Part shown: positions 38,636 through 50,800 of the stretch, piece after piece
How the letters are laid out: the number at the start of each line of letters is the position of its first letter
Position numbering within the stretch: position 1 is the stretch's first letter
From: Fimbriosthenelais zetlandica
Lineage: Eukaryota
Direction of reading: 5' to 3'
Assembly: GCA_977030845.1 (NCBI GenBank)
Contig: OZ365109.1
Coordinates: 26,040,001-26,104,000, forward strand
DNA: 64,000 bases
Notes under the pieces: model-generated
What the model saw: the letters and a program-made list of their open reading frames with translations, nothing else
The model's database searches: none
Told to the model about the DNA's origin: nothing
Position numbers and translations under genes: made by a program

Positions 38636-40351
38636 ATGAAGTCCATGGCAGCCTATCATTCTCACGCTCATCGACAACGTCTCTCTCCTAATCCAGGCCA
38701 GAGCCAAAGCCAAAGGAACCTCTATCCATTTGACGACCCCTTGTTGGAATCACCTCTCTACTTTCAAGGACTAACGGTGTGTTCAAATATCAGAAGTACC
38801 GGTACGGTTAAGCCTATATCCCCGACTTCCAGCTTTGGAAGACCGATGTTCAATCATAGCCACTGGGCACCTCCAGGCGAGAAATCTTACAGCCGATCGC
38901 TACCACCGCCTGAACGCACTCAATACAGGTCAAACCATTATCAGTATAACGACCAGGAAAGTCCCCAATCATCATTGAAAAAAATTAGTCCAAGGAGAAG
39001 GTCCCTTCCACCTGTCAATGGAAGCCCAGAACGAAAGCAAAACAGTTACTTACAGCCAAGATCCCCCCCGCTTTGGTCAGTCAGTGAAGATGACTTCATA
39101 CATGATCATGAACCTATGGACATTTCTCCAGTGAGACCAGTCCGATCTCCCACCAAGGTTACTCGTGTGTCAAGTGTCCCATTCGGAAGTTTTCCCTCAG
39201 ATAATAAAAGTTCTGGAACTCAGTTGATCTTTCCAAATCATAAATATTCCTCGACACCTAAAATCAGAGATATCAAGAAAAGAGGGACCACTCCTCCTGG
39301 AATAAGGAAATTAAGGGAAAAAGAGGATAACCTCTTGAACCTTATCCCAAAACCAGAAGCTGAAGAAAGGAATATAAAGCCAGATCAGGGATCATCGTTT
39401 TGTGGCTATTTTTGTTGTTGCATCATGGTTGTTATCCCTGTGCTTATTGGTGCTGCGGCCGTTGTAACGGCCTATTTTAGCAGTGATGTGCTGCAATTGT
39501 GGTGTCAGCATGGCCATAGTTTGAATACCACTCTTCTGAAGGAGTCATTTGGAAAATACATCTATGGGCAGCATATTGCTGTGGATGTGGTGCCTAAAGC
39601 TCTGGAACGTTACATGGAGAACTACCCTGAGGACAATCAGATGAAAAAACCCCTGGTGATGTCCTTCCATGGATGGACCGGCGTGGGCAAAAGTTATATG
39701 AGCTTCATTCTTGGGGAACATCTCAGGCGGGGTGTTACCAACAAAATAATCTGTTCCCACCACTTCCCACACCTTAACCAGGACTATAGAGCAGAAGTCA
39801 GGAATATGATCATACCCAAACTTACCAGATGTTATCTTAACTTGTTTGTCATTGACGACATGGACAAAGCCACGCCCAGTGTCATACAAAGCCTCCATGA
39901 TATTTTCCGAGAAATGAAGTCTGCCAAGTTTGCACAGGACTCGGGCGATTTCAACGTCATCTTTGTGTTGTTGAGTAATACTGGTGGCGCGCTAATCAAT
40001 TCTGAAGTTTACAATGCTTTGTACCACGAGAAAAGGAAACGGGAATCCCTGACTCTCGAAGAGATGGAAAGTGTATTGCTTTCTAAAGAAAATTTAGAAA
40101 GTGAAAAATTTGCTTGGTTCAATAAGTTGCACCAGGCTGGTTTGATTGATGTTGTTGTGCCATTTCTGCCCATGGAGAAGGAACATGTCCGGATGTGTAT
40201 TAGAAAAGATATGCAAAATAAGGGCATTGAACCTACCGAGGATTCGGTAGAGCAAGTTCTGGCACAAATGGCATTTTTTCCCCAAGTGGAACTTTTTTCC
40301 GTGTCAGGGTGCAGGAAAGTGCCAGCGAAGGTTGATATCGATGGAAATTAA
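38636..40351 (+). CDS. TOR4A: Torsin family AAA+ ATPase, torsin-4A-like, single coding exon, 571 aa
   Basis: Uninterrupted ORF. Torsin motifs YIYGQHIA, KPLVMSFHGWTGVGKS (Walker A), LFVIDDMDK (Walker B), FVLLSNTGG, IDVVVPFLPMEKEHV and the C-terminal SGCRKV. A long Ser/Pro/Arg-rich N-terminus followed by one hydrophobic segment fits the TOR4A-type architecture. A 5' UTR acceptor (cctgccag) lies just upstream. Confidence 0.85.
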   Translation: MKSMAAYHSHAHRQRLSPNPGQSQSQRNLYPFDDPLLESPLYFQGLTVCSNIRSTGTVKPISPTSSFGRPMFNHSHWAPPGEKSYSRSLPPPERTQYRSNHYQYNDQESPQSSLKKISPRRRSLPPVNGSPERKQNSYLQPRSPPLWSVSEDDFIHDHEPMDISPVRPVRSPTKVTRVSSVPFGSFPSDNKSSGTQLIFPNHKYSSTPKIRDIKKRGTTPPGIRKLREKEDNLLNLIPKPEAEERNIKPDQGSSFCGYFCCCIMVVIPVLIGAAAVVTAYFSSDVLQLWCQHGHSLNTTLLKESFGKYIYGQHIAVDVVPKALERYMENYPEDNQMKKPLVMSFHGWTGVGKSYMSFILGEHLRRGVTNKIICSHHFPHLNQDYRAEVRNMIIPKLTRCYLNLFVIDDMDKATPSVIQSLHDIFREMKSAKFAQDSGDFNVIFVLLSNTGGALINSEVYNALYHEKRKRESLTLEEMESVLLSKENLESEKFAWFNKLHQAGLIDVVVPFLPMEKEHVRMCIRKDMQNKGIEPTEDSVEQVLAQMAFFPQVELFSVSGCRKVPAKVDIDGN

Positions 40352-41406
40352 GTGAAGTAATGAAAACTCTCTTTCATAAACAAACTATTGCAATAACCCA
40401 TAAAAAAAACTTACTACAAAAATAGCATTTTTGTACCATTCTTCAGTAAAAGTTTGAGTCACATGACTGATGAGTTTACTATTTATGGTAGCCCGAGAGA
40501 CCCTGACTCTGGACCATCCCATACTCGGACTGGAGAGAGTCAGAGTTTCTCGGGCTATATTTATGGCAGATCAATTTTGTTTGTTCATAGAATCTAATAT
40601 TGAAGTTCACCTCACTTTATTCCCCCAAATCCTTGTGTACATATGGTTTTTTTTATTGGTTGATGATTTCAGTTTTCGTTAATAAAAAACCGCGGGTTTA
40701 TTGAGTTTTATGTTCTTCTTCTCAAGGTTTGTCTTTTCCTTGACCAATGCTGCCATCTATTGTACGGTGTGTAAACTAAGTTCTTACAAATCCGTCGACT
40801 GTCTCACAATTCTGTATATCTTCTTGATCTCATATTGCTATATCTGACCTTTCAGTATTCCCATTGTTCTCATTGTAATGTTTTGAGGCACGATCCGCAT
40901 GAAGATCGACCGGATTCCTTGTTGAATTTATGGGGTATCGTAAAAGACAAGGAAGATGCTTGGAAGATTTGTAGACCTATGAAATAGATCTTCAAAGCAT
41001 CTTTCTTGTCTTTTCTAGTTCCTTTTTAGTTTCAGTGCGAAACAGTTTCAGTTTCAGTGCGTAGTTTCTTGGACCAAAATAAATAAGAGGTGACTATTTG
41101 CTATGGTATACCAGGAAATATGTTCGTAATATTTTATTTTATTTATTTCCTTTAAAAATTAGTGCTATTTTCATGTATTATTCCAATGATTTTAAAAATA
41201 TAAATTTTGAAAAGGTGTATATCCATGAAAGATTTTCTCTTCAAAGGTGGTCTCAAACACATATGTATGCAGTCTCAGTTGCAAGTGAGCCCGTTTATTC
41301 TTTCATCTCTAACCCGTGGACCCTTGTTTCTCCACCTTTCCTCTCAGTTTGCACTATGTTTCTAGCGTACCGAGTTTAAATTTAGCTTTTGGTTTACTCT
41401 CCTCTC

Positions 41407-41520
41407 ACCAATCACTCTATGCCTTGGCTTGTCCCTCGCGAAACTGGAGAGCAGCTCGAGGTCACATGACCCAACGACTGATACAACCACCAGGTGGCGT
41501 TTAGAGCTGCGCATGCGTGT
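41407..41520 (+). promoter_or_regulatory. Promoter-like motif cluster (CCAAT, palindromic E-box, CTCF, NRF1)
   Basis: CCAATC near 41408, GGTCACATGACC at 41460-41471, CCACCAGGTGGCG at 41487-41499 and TGCGCATGCG at 41508-41517, all within about 110 bp. Confidence 0.5.
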
Positions 41521-42579
41521 AACAAGTTGGACTTCCAGAGTGAGGCAAAATGGAAAGTGGGGGAGGAGGGCTTCAATTTTGGGACTTGGAATTCTCCCAT
41601 GCTGAGTGTTCATTGAGGCCTCCCTTCGCTCGTATCAATTGGTGACAAACGCTTTCTGCAAATCGGAATGCAAAAAAAGTAATGCAATATAGGTTGGCGT
41701 TTTTAATTGTAGGCCTAATTTATACTAGGTTTGTGCCCTGTCCGCATTATATGCCCACCTTTAGAAACCCCCCTTTTGCTAGGTGTTGTAAGCTGGTAAC
41801 TGTATACTATAACTTGCTTCTTTCCTACCAGAGTGCCCCAAGGCCTGGTACCTGTCTCTCGGGTAAACTCACCTGGTTTCCTCTCTGTCGATGTCTGGCA
41901 TGTGTATACCAATTTGATATATATTCACGACGTGTCTCACTGTGAATGCATTGGCTCGGGTGAACTAGGATAGGCGCTCACCCTTTCCAGTCCTCACCGA
42001 CCCATCTTTTCCCATTAGGGTTAGATTCTTTCTTAATCCTTGACATTCTATAGCAGATTAAAGATCCTGTCTGACCTGATAGTTGTGTTGACAAATTTTT
42101 CTTGAAACAATTGGCCCCTATTCTGACCGTCTTCAAAAATAGATTGAATCACCTAGATTTCTTTGCAGTTTTATTTTCTGGATTTCGGTGCTATGTAAAT
42201 TAATGTATTGCATTGTTAATGGGGTAATTCCACCAAATTTAAAGTGGCATTTCTCTGATAGATGTTAAAATTTGCTTGATTCTCAACCTTTTCCCCGTCC
42301 TTGAATTCTTCAAAGATGTCTTTCTCTGGTGCTTGTTTCTCTTGAATATTTTTCTATAAACAGCTTGTCGTTAAGCAATAGCGGATCATGGGGTGGGGCG
42401 GGGAGCTTGATGGCTTAACCCCCCCCCCCCCCCCTCCCCTAGCAGGCTTCAAATATATTTTTACAATGAGACCAAAATACTCTCTGTATATTACATTTCG
42501 CAGGCCTTTATACGTTCCCTTTACTTTTATTAAAATCCACTTAGATTGCAGGGAAAAAGATTGCTTGAATTACAAATTA

Positions 42580-42830
42580 CCAATTGGAGGGCAATAACCA
42601 CATAAATATCGAACCTGAATAGAATTCGATTAGAGGGCGATACCCACTCCATATAATTGTGCCAATAGAATTCAACATAGGCCAATACCCACATAAAATT
42701 CCTACCCCAATTGAATTCAACTGGGGGGAGGGGGGCAGTACCCACATAAATGTCCTAGCTGAATATAATTCAATGGGAAGTCGTCGAAAGGCGATACCCA
42801 CATAAGCATCCTACCCCAATAGAAATCAAT
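42580..42830 (-). repeat. Second, shorter array (about 5-6 units) of the same minisatellite, in the opposite orientation
   Basis: Recurrent TACCCACATAAA, GAGGGCGATACCC, CAATTGGAGGGC and CCTACCCCAATAGAA are reverse complements of the unit at 63.2-63.8 kb. Confidence 0.8.
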
Positions 42831-44060
42831 TATGATACCTACGTTTATCTTATCCATACAATCATTGCATTTTACAGGTGTTTATCCCTTTACTGTTAAG
42901 ATTCCATTAGAATTCTGGAAAACGTTTGCTATATTCTTTTTTGTAGGGGGTGGAGGGTTGGGGTCTTGCATCTTAAATAAAATCTAGGCCCCCAGTTGCA
43001 AAATCCTGGACCCTTCCCTGGTTAAGGAGGAGTCTATAGGAGACAGCTGATCTCCTTCTTGCAGTTGCTTAGAGTTCCTAAAGTGTACACACAGAGTTTG
43101 GTGTACTAGTGTTTGTGCTTTTTGCTCGTAAATGCCAGTTTCATAGTTTGGAATCATGCTTTTCTACTGCCTGATAGCAGATATATTTAGACCTCAACAT
43201 TTTTATATGTTTTGTTGGAATGTAATAATTTCAATATCATTATTTGCCCAGTCATGTTTCTTTGGACTGGTCTTTTCCTGTGTGCTTCTTCATTTCATTT
43301 TGCTCTAGTTTGCGCCCCAGCATTCATTCCTAATTATTAGCTTTGTTAACTTATTGATGACTTTGGCCAAGACATAATGACGAACATTTTTGAATCATAA
43401 ATTTTATATTTGGCATGGTCCTTTTGGAGTTATATGTCAATGTCGATCTACATGTCGAGTCATAATCTTTTAAAATTTGAATATCCCTGCCTGTTCCTCT
43501 TGACCACACCCCTATGGGTGCCCCCTACATACCCAGTGGCTACTTTTCACGCCCACCGCGGCGTGGCGCTATAGTAACCATTTCCAGTTGCCGCCCCGCC
43601 AGTCCAACTTACAGTCTTGGTCGCCTTTTCCAGAGTTTTTCAAACTTTTCGATATTCACCTGCTTAAGAGTTTTGACTCAATACTCATTCTACCCCCCTC
43701 GTTGGATAACCATAAGTTTAAATATTGTCCTTCAGAGGGTTCAATGTATTGTTCAATTATTCACCATCAATGTTTGGGATGTCTTCCTTGCAAACCCCAA
43801 CTTTAAAAAATATAGTGTATCTGCCAAAGCTGTAGCCTGGAACCCGAGGTGAATCCTTAAAATACCAAATTTGATTTAAAATACCAAGTACTTCTCCCCA
43901 CCCTGTAGTCTACGGGTCATTTTGTCCCATCTTTATGACACTTTGAGGTGCATAAAATTATTTTGTATAAGACTGTAGCTGTCTGGAGTGGAAGGTACCG
44001 ACAGGAACGGGAGGGATTATACGAGAAAGCCTGCCTCCACGGCATCTCTCAAGGAGTGGA

Positions 44061-44091
44061 GGAAGAAGAAGAAGAAGAAGGAGGAGGAGGG
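44061..44091 (+). repeat. (GAA)n/(GGA)n purine trinucleotide tract
   Basis: gaggaagaagaagaagaagaaggaggaggaggg is directly visible. Confidence 0.75.
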
Positions 44092-44778
44092 TTAGCAGAA
44101 GGTTGCTACCGCTTCTTCCTATATACCACATTTCCACCACCCTGGAGGAGTGCTCTACTGGCACCCGGAGGAGACACGAGAGAACCATATCCACCTCACA
44201 CAGCCCACTATTTGGGCCTGTGTGTGAGAGATAAGAGGACATCTCCTCGTCTAGGACTTAGATAAAAGGTGCGACAGGTGTGGAGTATTGGGATTATCGG
44301 ACTTCTCAAATCTGGCTGATTAATTTATGGAAGATTTGGCTAATTTTCAGTCGAGAAACCCAGGATTTTAATAGAGCCAGCATTTTAACTTGGGAAAGTG
44401 CCTACAGTTTACAACTGTAGCATTGCCCACTCAATATAAAGAGTGACTGACGGGTGCAGCACTTAAAATATTCAAAAGAAAATATTTCATATTCATACTT
44501 ATCTATATCATATTTCCTCTTGCTCAAACCTTTAGTTTGCCATCCGCTAACAGTGGAAGGAATTTCCTTTCCACCTTATTGTGTAGAACGTCCTCAGGAT
44601 CAGCTTTCCTATGTATGGCCGACTTGGGAGAGACAGCATACAACTGGAAGAATACACTACGCTATCTGAAATAATTTGATAACTTGTCTTCAAAAGATAA
44701 CTGGATAGATTGTCCTATCGGAGTGGGGTGTTGGTCCTTTCCATCACCCCTAACATCAAGCTTGACTAGGGCGTCAGA

Positions 44779-44887
44779 ATGGCCCCCTCTATAGGTGAAT
44801 ACACGAGGCATCAGACATGGATCTGTCTGCTTCTATTCCTCATCTCGTGGACCAATATATATGCGGCCAATGTACCTCTACCTCCTG
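44779..44887 (+). CDS. Probable first coding exon (signal peptide) of an unidentified secreted or membrane protein gene
   Basis: ATG...MAPSIGEYTRHQTWICLLLFLISWTNIYAANVPLPP has a hydrophobic core followed by small residues (YAA). It ends in a consensus phase-1 donor G|GTAAGT at 44888. I could not identify downstream exons in the window. Confidence 0.5.
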
Positions 44888-47800
44888 GTAAGTTATTCTC
44901 ACTTTCTATTATAGTCATTCTATATTCGTTTTTATTCATTTTGTCATATATTTATTGTACCGGTGATGACATTATTCCAGAGAAATAATATTGGAACCTT
45001 TGTGTGGAATGTTTTTGATTATTAATTGTTCTGAAACTGTATACCTTGACCTTACGAGTAGGCGTTTAATTTTCAGTGTTGTGCTTGAAAGTAAGCACTG
45101 ATTTTCGCTCTTATTCGCCTCGACGACAGTTACGTAAAATGTCAAGTTCGTCTGAATTATTTATGAATATTAATTTAATTATTATTCACATTCCTATTCA
45201 GAAAGTTATTTCCAAAACCTTATGCAGTGTTGATTCATGGTCCAAACCCTCCTTGAGCAATATAGTATCAGCTCACTTTTTACAGTTTCCTCTGCATGCA
45301 TCTGATTTTGATTCTAACACCTACAAATCATTATGCCAGAGAAAAACTCAAGTGGGCCATTCGCAGGTAAAAAAGAATCCGGAAGCTGCACTTAACTAGT
45401 TGTATCCGAGAGGGAAATACAGGCCCCTCCCCTTATTTACCTACATGCCAGATGTAGTAGGGTTCTATTCCATAATAGATCACCCACGCCCATTGACTTA
45501 GATATATTGGGGAAACAGCTGGGTCCCACAATACAAAACACTGGGGAGGCTAAGGTAAATGACTATAAGCATTTGTTGGCTTAGATCCTCGTCTGGATGG
45601 AGGAATGGGGGATCGTGGGTCAGCAGAGGACAGGCAGGTCTTTTGATCCTTGAGCTCCTCTTTGGTGGTATGGGCGTTTGTAAGCGAGCAACTCGATCCC
45701 ACCTGGCTGACAGAAAACACCACAACAAAACCACTGCTGCTACTGGCCTTCTAGGCCCGGAAAAAGCAAAGTGTGTTTCATCTACTCCTTGCCCTGGTCT
45801 GGAAAGTTCTGTTGACCAAAGCAACTTTTGCAACAACAAAAAAGGAAAGAAGAAAAATGATGATAACTCAGGTTATTTCTGGGTATTTGCTCTAGAAGGG
45901 TATGACCATGATTGTGGACTCGATTCCATGACTTTCCCTGACTATGTTATTGGTCATTTTTATCTCCTAATAATGATGTTTTATAGTAAAATACCCCCCT
46001 CCCACACTCAAGCTTAAAACGGTTATTTTCTTGGCCTTATTCCGTGAAATAGGCCTACAATAGCCCAGCTATAGGTCTTCCATGCTCATAGCCTCTTTGT
46101 ATGCTAACTCAATTGCCCTGAAAAGCAAGACAATTCATGCACGAGGTCAACGGGATGCACGTGTGCAACTATGTTCAACCCTCCTCAACTTCTCATACAA
46201 CTGCTCATCCATCTGCTCATCCATCCTGGCTATCAATCAGAACTGTCCAAGAGCCTGAGTGTACAATGAATTCTAAATTCTGGCACGCTGCACTCTTTCT
46301 GAAGTCAAGAAACTGATAGCCGCAACTCGCCATGCGCTTCAGTTAATTATGCCAAGAGGGAAAAGGCTGAAATTGATTAGTAACTTGATATGGGTTGTAC
46401 AGCCCCATGTTCGTTTGATGCTTGGATGCCATAGTTCATCAAACATCAAAAACAGACAAGGACTTAACCTAACACACAGAAGCAAAGCAAACGTCAGGAT
46501 GCTTCTTCAGGAAATTCATTCATTGGCTTGTTAGTTCCTCAAGGAAACTTCCTGCTCAAATTCTGACATTGAAGGATGTATTTTGCCCTGATGAAATTTT
46601 GACAGTAGTCTTGAGGTCATGGAAAACTGCTATGTAGTTTACAAGACATTAAGGGAATCCTTTTATGAGTCATAGTGAACCACACACACCAGCCGTTTCC
46701 AATGATTTCATCACAGTAAGCTGGTCAAGGAACAAGGTACTGTCTGATGACCCCAAGACCTTAATTGCTGCAACCGCTCTGAAACTTTCCAAAAAATTTA
46801 AGCTTTGTTTCAAATCCCCGTTTCAGGTATGAAATAATACGACAGGACTGCTGGACTCACTTGATATGCTGGAAGTAATTCCATTATAGCCAATTAGTAA
46901 TTCCATGACCTGACTGAATGGCTAACACATGGTCTTCACAGAGATATGGCGACGCCATGATGTGCTCACGGAGGGCCCTATCATTCCATCTGGATGTAAT
47001 GCTATATGTCATAAATGTTTAAGCCTTATACCCTTCCTCTAAACTCACCACGTCCTCAGCCCCGCCTAGCCCTGGCCGTGGAACATTAAAGTTTATTTAC
47101 AGGAACATATTGCACACTGGTCTAAGGTACAGGCGCTGGACAGTGAGAAGGCCAACTTTAGAACTTCAAACTCGATGGATTTTACTACATTATGTCCGCA
47201 AGAAAAACCTTAATGAAGATTTTTTATAGAGGATAATGTGGACGGCATAGTTTTGATTCTGATCACTAAAATGTTATCTTTCTATACGTGGAGGTCTGAA
47301 AACATTTGGAACCCATAATAGCCAAGAGTAGGTTTTATGCATGGGGTCCTGACACCCTGAATGCAGCCAGTGACGTGGCAGTCCACACTCAATGTTGTGG
47401 ATGATTCAGACCTGGGTCTCTAGGTCTCAGGCAGTCAGGAAGGAAACTTGAATTCCTATAATATATGATCCGTTCTGTGCTTCTGATCTCAAAGTACAAG
47501 CCTGGCTGAACAAACGCCTTCTTTTCAAACGAAGGAGGAACCAATGGAACAAACACGTGTTGTCTTTTTCTCCCCAAGCTTTACAAAAACATGCAATCAT
47601 GTGTTTATGAAGCAAAAACCAGCCCCGTTAAACCATATTGTGTCACGAATGACATCCTGGGTAAACAGATCCAGGTTTTGCCCATCAATCACATTGGGTA
47701 TGAGATCAGCTTAATATACTAGCCTCTTTTGCCCTTGTCATTATATATCAAACTTTCAGATCTTCCGTCTGATGTTTACATATTCTCTCACCATCCAAAA

Positions 47801-50800
47801 TAACATTTATAATAAGCTTGATCAGCTCTTAACCCAACCAGGTCAGGGTTTCATGGCAGTGAATATGTAGCAAGAATGTTTATAAGATAAAAGTTGAAGT
47901 GATTTAGGCTAATAATGGGAGGGAAACATCTCTATATTATATGAATTCACCATATCTATCAATCAATTGTTGAGTCGATCAGAACGGCTGGCGTCTGTGC
48001 CATCCAGCCTCTGTTACTGTGAAGAACTTGACAGAGCCTGGAACAATTGTACACACTGGACATGGAACTATTTATCGGTAGATGACCTTTTTCTGAACCT
48101 GGCATCGTCTGAAGACGAGTTAGGTGGTCATCTGGGGAGGTGAGTGCTGGTAGTGGCTAGTACTCATGGTTCCCAGCTGTTTCAAGAGGCCAGGGTCAGG
48201 ATAAAGCCTCTCTCTAAAAAGATTTCTTGCACCCTTTTTCAGTGCTCTGCTTAACACTGACCACTGGGTCCTCCTTGACCCTTCACTTCGAGGGTAGATC
48301 TTCAAGAGCTAAACAAGAACGGTGGGATGGATGGTCCATTCAATGGTCCAGTTGGAGGGGTGTGACTTCATTCACTACATACTGCATGGGTTCTCTCACA
48401 TTCTTCTTCTTCTTCAACACCAACTTGTGCAAGACTGTTAACCTGTTAACAGCTCCCAAAGAATCGTACAACCAAGGAGTGGCTTGTCCCTGTGTTATAA
48501 GTTAGAGAAAGTCCCAATAATGAATGAAAACTACATATTGTATATCTTTACTTAAACAGGCCAGTAGAACTTTATATGCTCGACGTCCCTGTAAATATGC
48601 AGCAGCATACTTTACACACCCATGAATCTGTTCATCATTGAGACCATTGTGTTAACATTCTTTCGAGGAAAAAACAGTACCGCCATAAACAAAGTCGAGG
48701 CAATTTAAAAGTGAGCAGTCTCAGAACACTGACCATATCCGAGCCCATGAGGAATAAATCCATGCGGAGGCTGGCAACTTCCCAAAGATCAAAAGTTGAA
48801 GTTTTTAATGATCTTTTTAAAAAGAAAGGTAAAAAGATGGCTTGGGGTGTTGGTGTGATTTTAAACGCCCCCCTGTGGCCATGTGGCTAGACAGGACTAA
48901 CATGGTCGCCAGAGTTGATCGCCCATACGAACCCTTTTCAGATTTTCAGGGGAAAGATGTATATTCCACCAGTAAATCTGTATTCCAGGAACGTTGGGCT
49001 ACTTTTAGCGGAACATTATTTTTTATATGTGATAGATCTTTATATATTTTTTTTACTTTATATATCTTTTTCTGTGATATTCCTAAGACGATGATTGAAA
49101 AGGACCTCCACGGTATATTTTTGGTCCCTGTCCACGAATACAAAAGCTCATTTGTTTGGTCCTGAGAATCGTGATACTTTGGAGGATATATGTTTTGTTG
49201 TCAGATCTGAAACGTCCAGATTGTCCATTGTCTGGGCAGGACCATGACTTCTTACATAATGTGAGTTCATTTGCTCTTAATTAGATAAGCTGACATCGTA
49301 AAGATAAGATAATTAGTGAATCAGATATCGAGGCAAACCATGCTGATTTCCAGGTTGTATCTATTTTATTTGCCAATGCATTTCGCCCGAGTTGGGCTTC
49401 GTCAGGTCTTGGAATCATTTGTAAAATTTATGTACAGTATCTGATTCTGTCTGCATGGGGAAGCCAGATGTGACGTCACAGATGTGTTGTTCAATGTTAC
49501 CAGACTGGAAGCACGTTGGTTCTGTGTTCGGATTGATTGTAGAAGGCTGATGACTCGAGGTCCGATGTCCAATTCATGTTAAAAGCACATAAAGATGTCA
49601 AATCAGAAGGACCTGTTGCGACTTGGAATGTAGGAGGAAGGTAAAGGGCACATGAGGGCGTTGGTGGCAACGATTTACCCAAGTTTGGCTCGCTGGTAAA
49701 CTTGAAGAACAAGACAACCATGCAACATGGCTGCAACATGGCCCCAATCCCAACCACATGTGTGTATGCTTGAAAGTCTGTCTGGATCCGTCAAGAATGA
49801 TCCACAGGTACAATACAACGTTATGATATGTGGTTCTATGGCTTATTGAATTTGACTGGAGCGTGAAAAACTGGGAACATTTCTGTCTGATGCTGCATTT
49901 GCTTCATGGGTTCTGCCATCAAGCTTGATATCATTTTACCATAAAGATGGCCAAATCACTTCCATGCAGAGATGACTTCTTCTCCATTAGAATTTATGAG
50001 ATGCCGAGGCTATTCATTTAGAACCTCCCGACAACTCTAGACTTTCATGTGTTACCCATTTATACCTCTGCTGAGCATCATGTCATATTTTCAAGTGAAT
50101 TTCCAAATCAAAATTGCAATCATTTTATTATAATAATTATTTTGAATTGGAAACACCATGAGTTAGTAGATGATTTGTATTTGAAGAAAGCAGGCCAAGA
50201 TCAGAGGAGGGTTGACATAAGCACTCGCCCACCTCACCACATACTGGGTTGTGTACTCTTCATGTACAAAACCAAGTCTGTTTACTCTTAGATAGTATTT
50301 CTTCTGACGAGTACTGGAGCGAGTGGACTCGTGCTAGAGTCCAAGCCTTGTGCAGGCCATTCATCCTAACCTTCCAGGCAAGTGTGACGTTTACCTTTCC
50401 TAAATCATCGCATGAAAGGAAAGGCCTCAAAGGATTAGTTATTTGCAGCAATCTTTGTGTCAACAAACCCATATGATTTTCCTGTTCAGCAGTCCTATAG
50501 AACTCTAAGGTTTTGCTAACGAACTCCTCACTAGCTTCTGTATCCAGTGCTTATTTTTCGTATAGTAATATATCAGAACACTTTGGATAAAGTTCTCATC
50601 TGACCAATGCACTACACAAAGTAAGCAGTAGACAGCCTACTGTGGTACAATGTAAAGTCACGGAGAACATCAAAGAATGTAGAACCAATTGTGAACTTTT
50701 CAACACTATTTTACATTCGTCAGACATTGCAAAAAAGCGCTCAGACTCCATTTGTTTTATATCCAATTTCCCTTCACTTGTCTAGCTCCAGAACCCCGAA

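Noticed and set aside
33227-40285. Antisense ORFs overlapping real exons (33227-33610, 33644-33841, 34377-34895, 39545-39898, 40009-40285)
   Set aside because: They are shadow frames of the TTC28-like and torsin coding sequences, with no recognisable motifs or independent splice or start signals.
41873-41901. Possible minus-strand first exon MPDIDREETR with a GTGAGT donor
   Set aside because: It is very short and has no downstream exon unless the torsin gene is nested in an intron, for which I see no support.
45559-46017. 152-aa plus-strand ORF
   Set aside because: It has no recognisable domain, no phase-1 acceptor linking it to the 44779 exon, and a composition typical of a chance ORF.
46990-47090. 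CHKCL...PRLALA resembling a Helitron-associated N-terminal motif
   Set aside because: It needs a frameshift, the expected downstream NGLW-type residues are absent, and there are no Rep or helicase motifs nearby.
29828-49697. Shared TTTGGCTCGCTGGT between a TTC28-like exon and 49.7 kb
   Set aside because: A 14-15 bp match is within chance expectation and does not extend.
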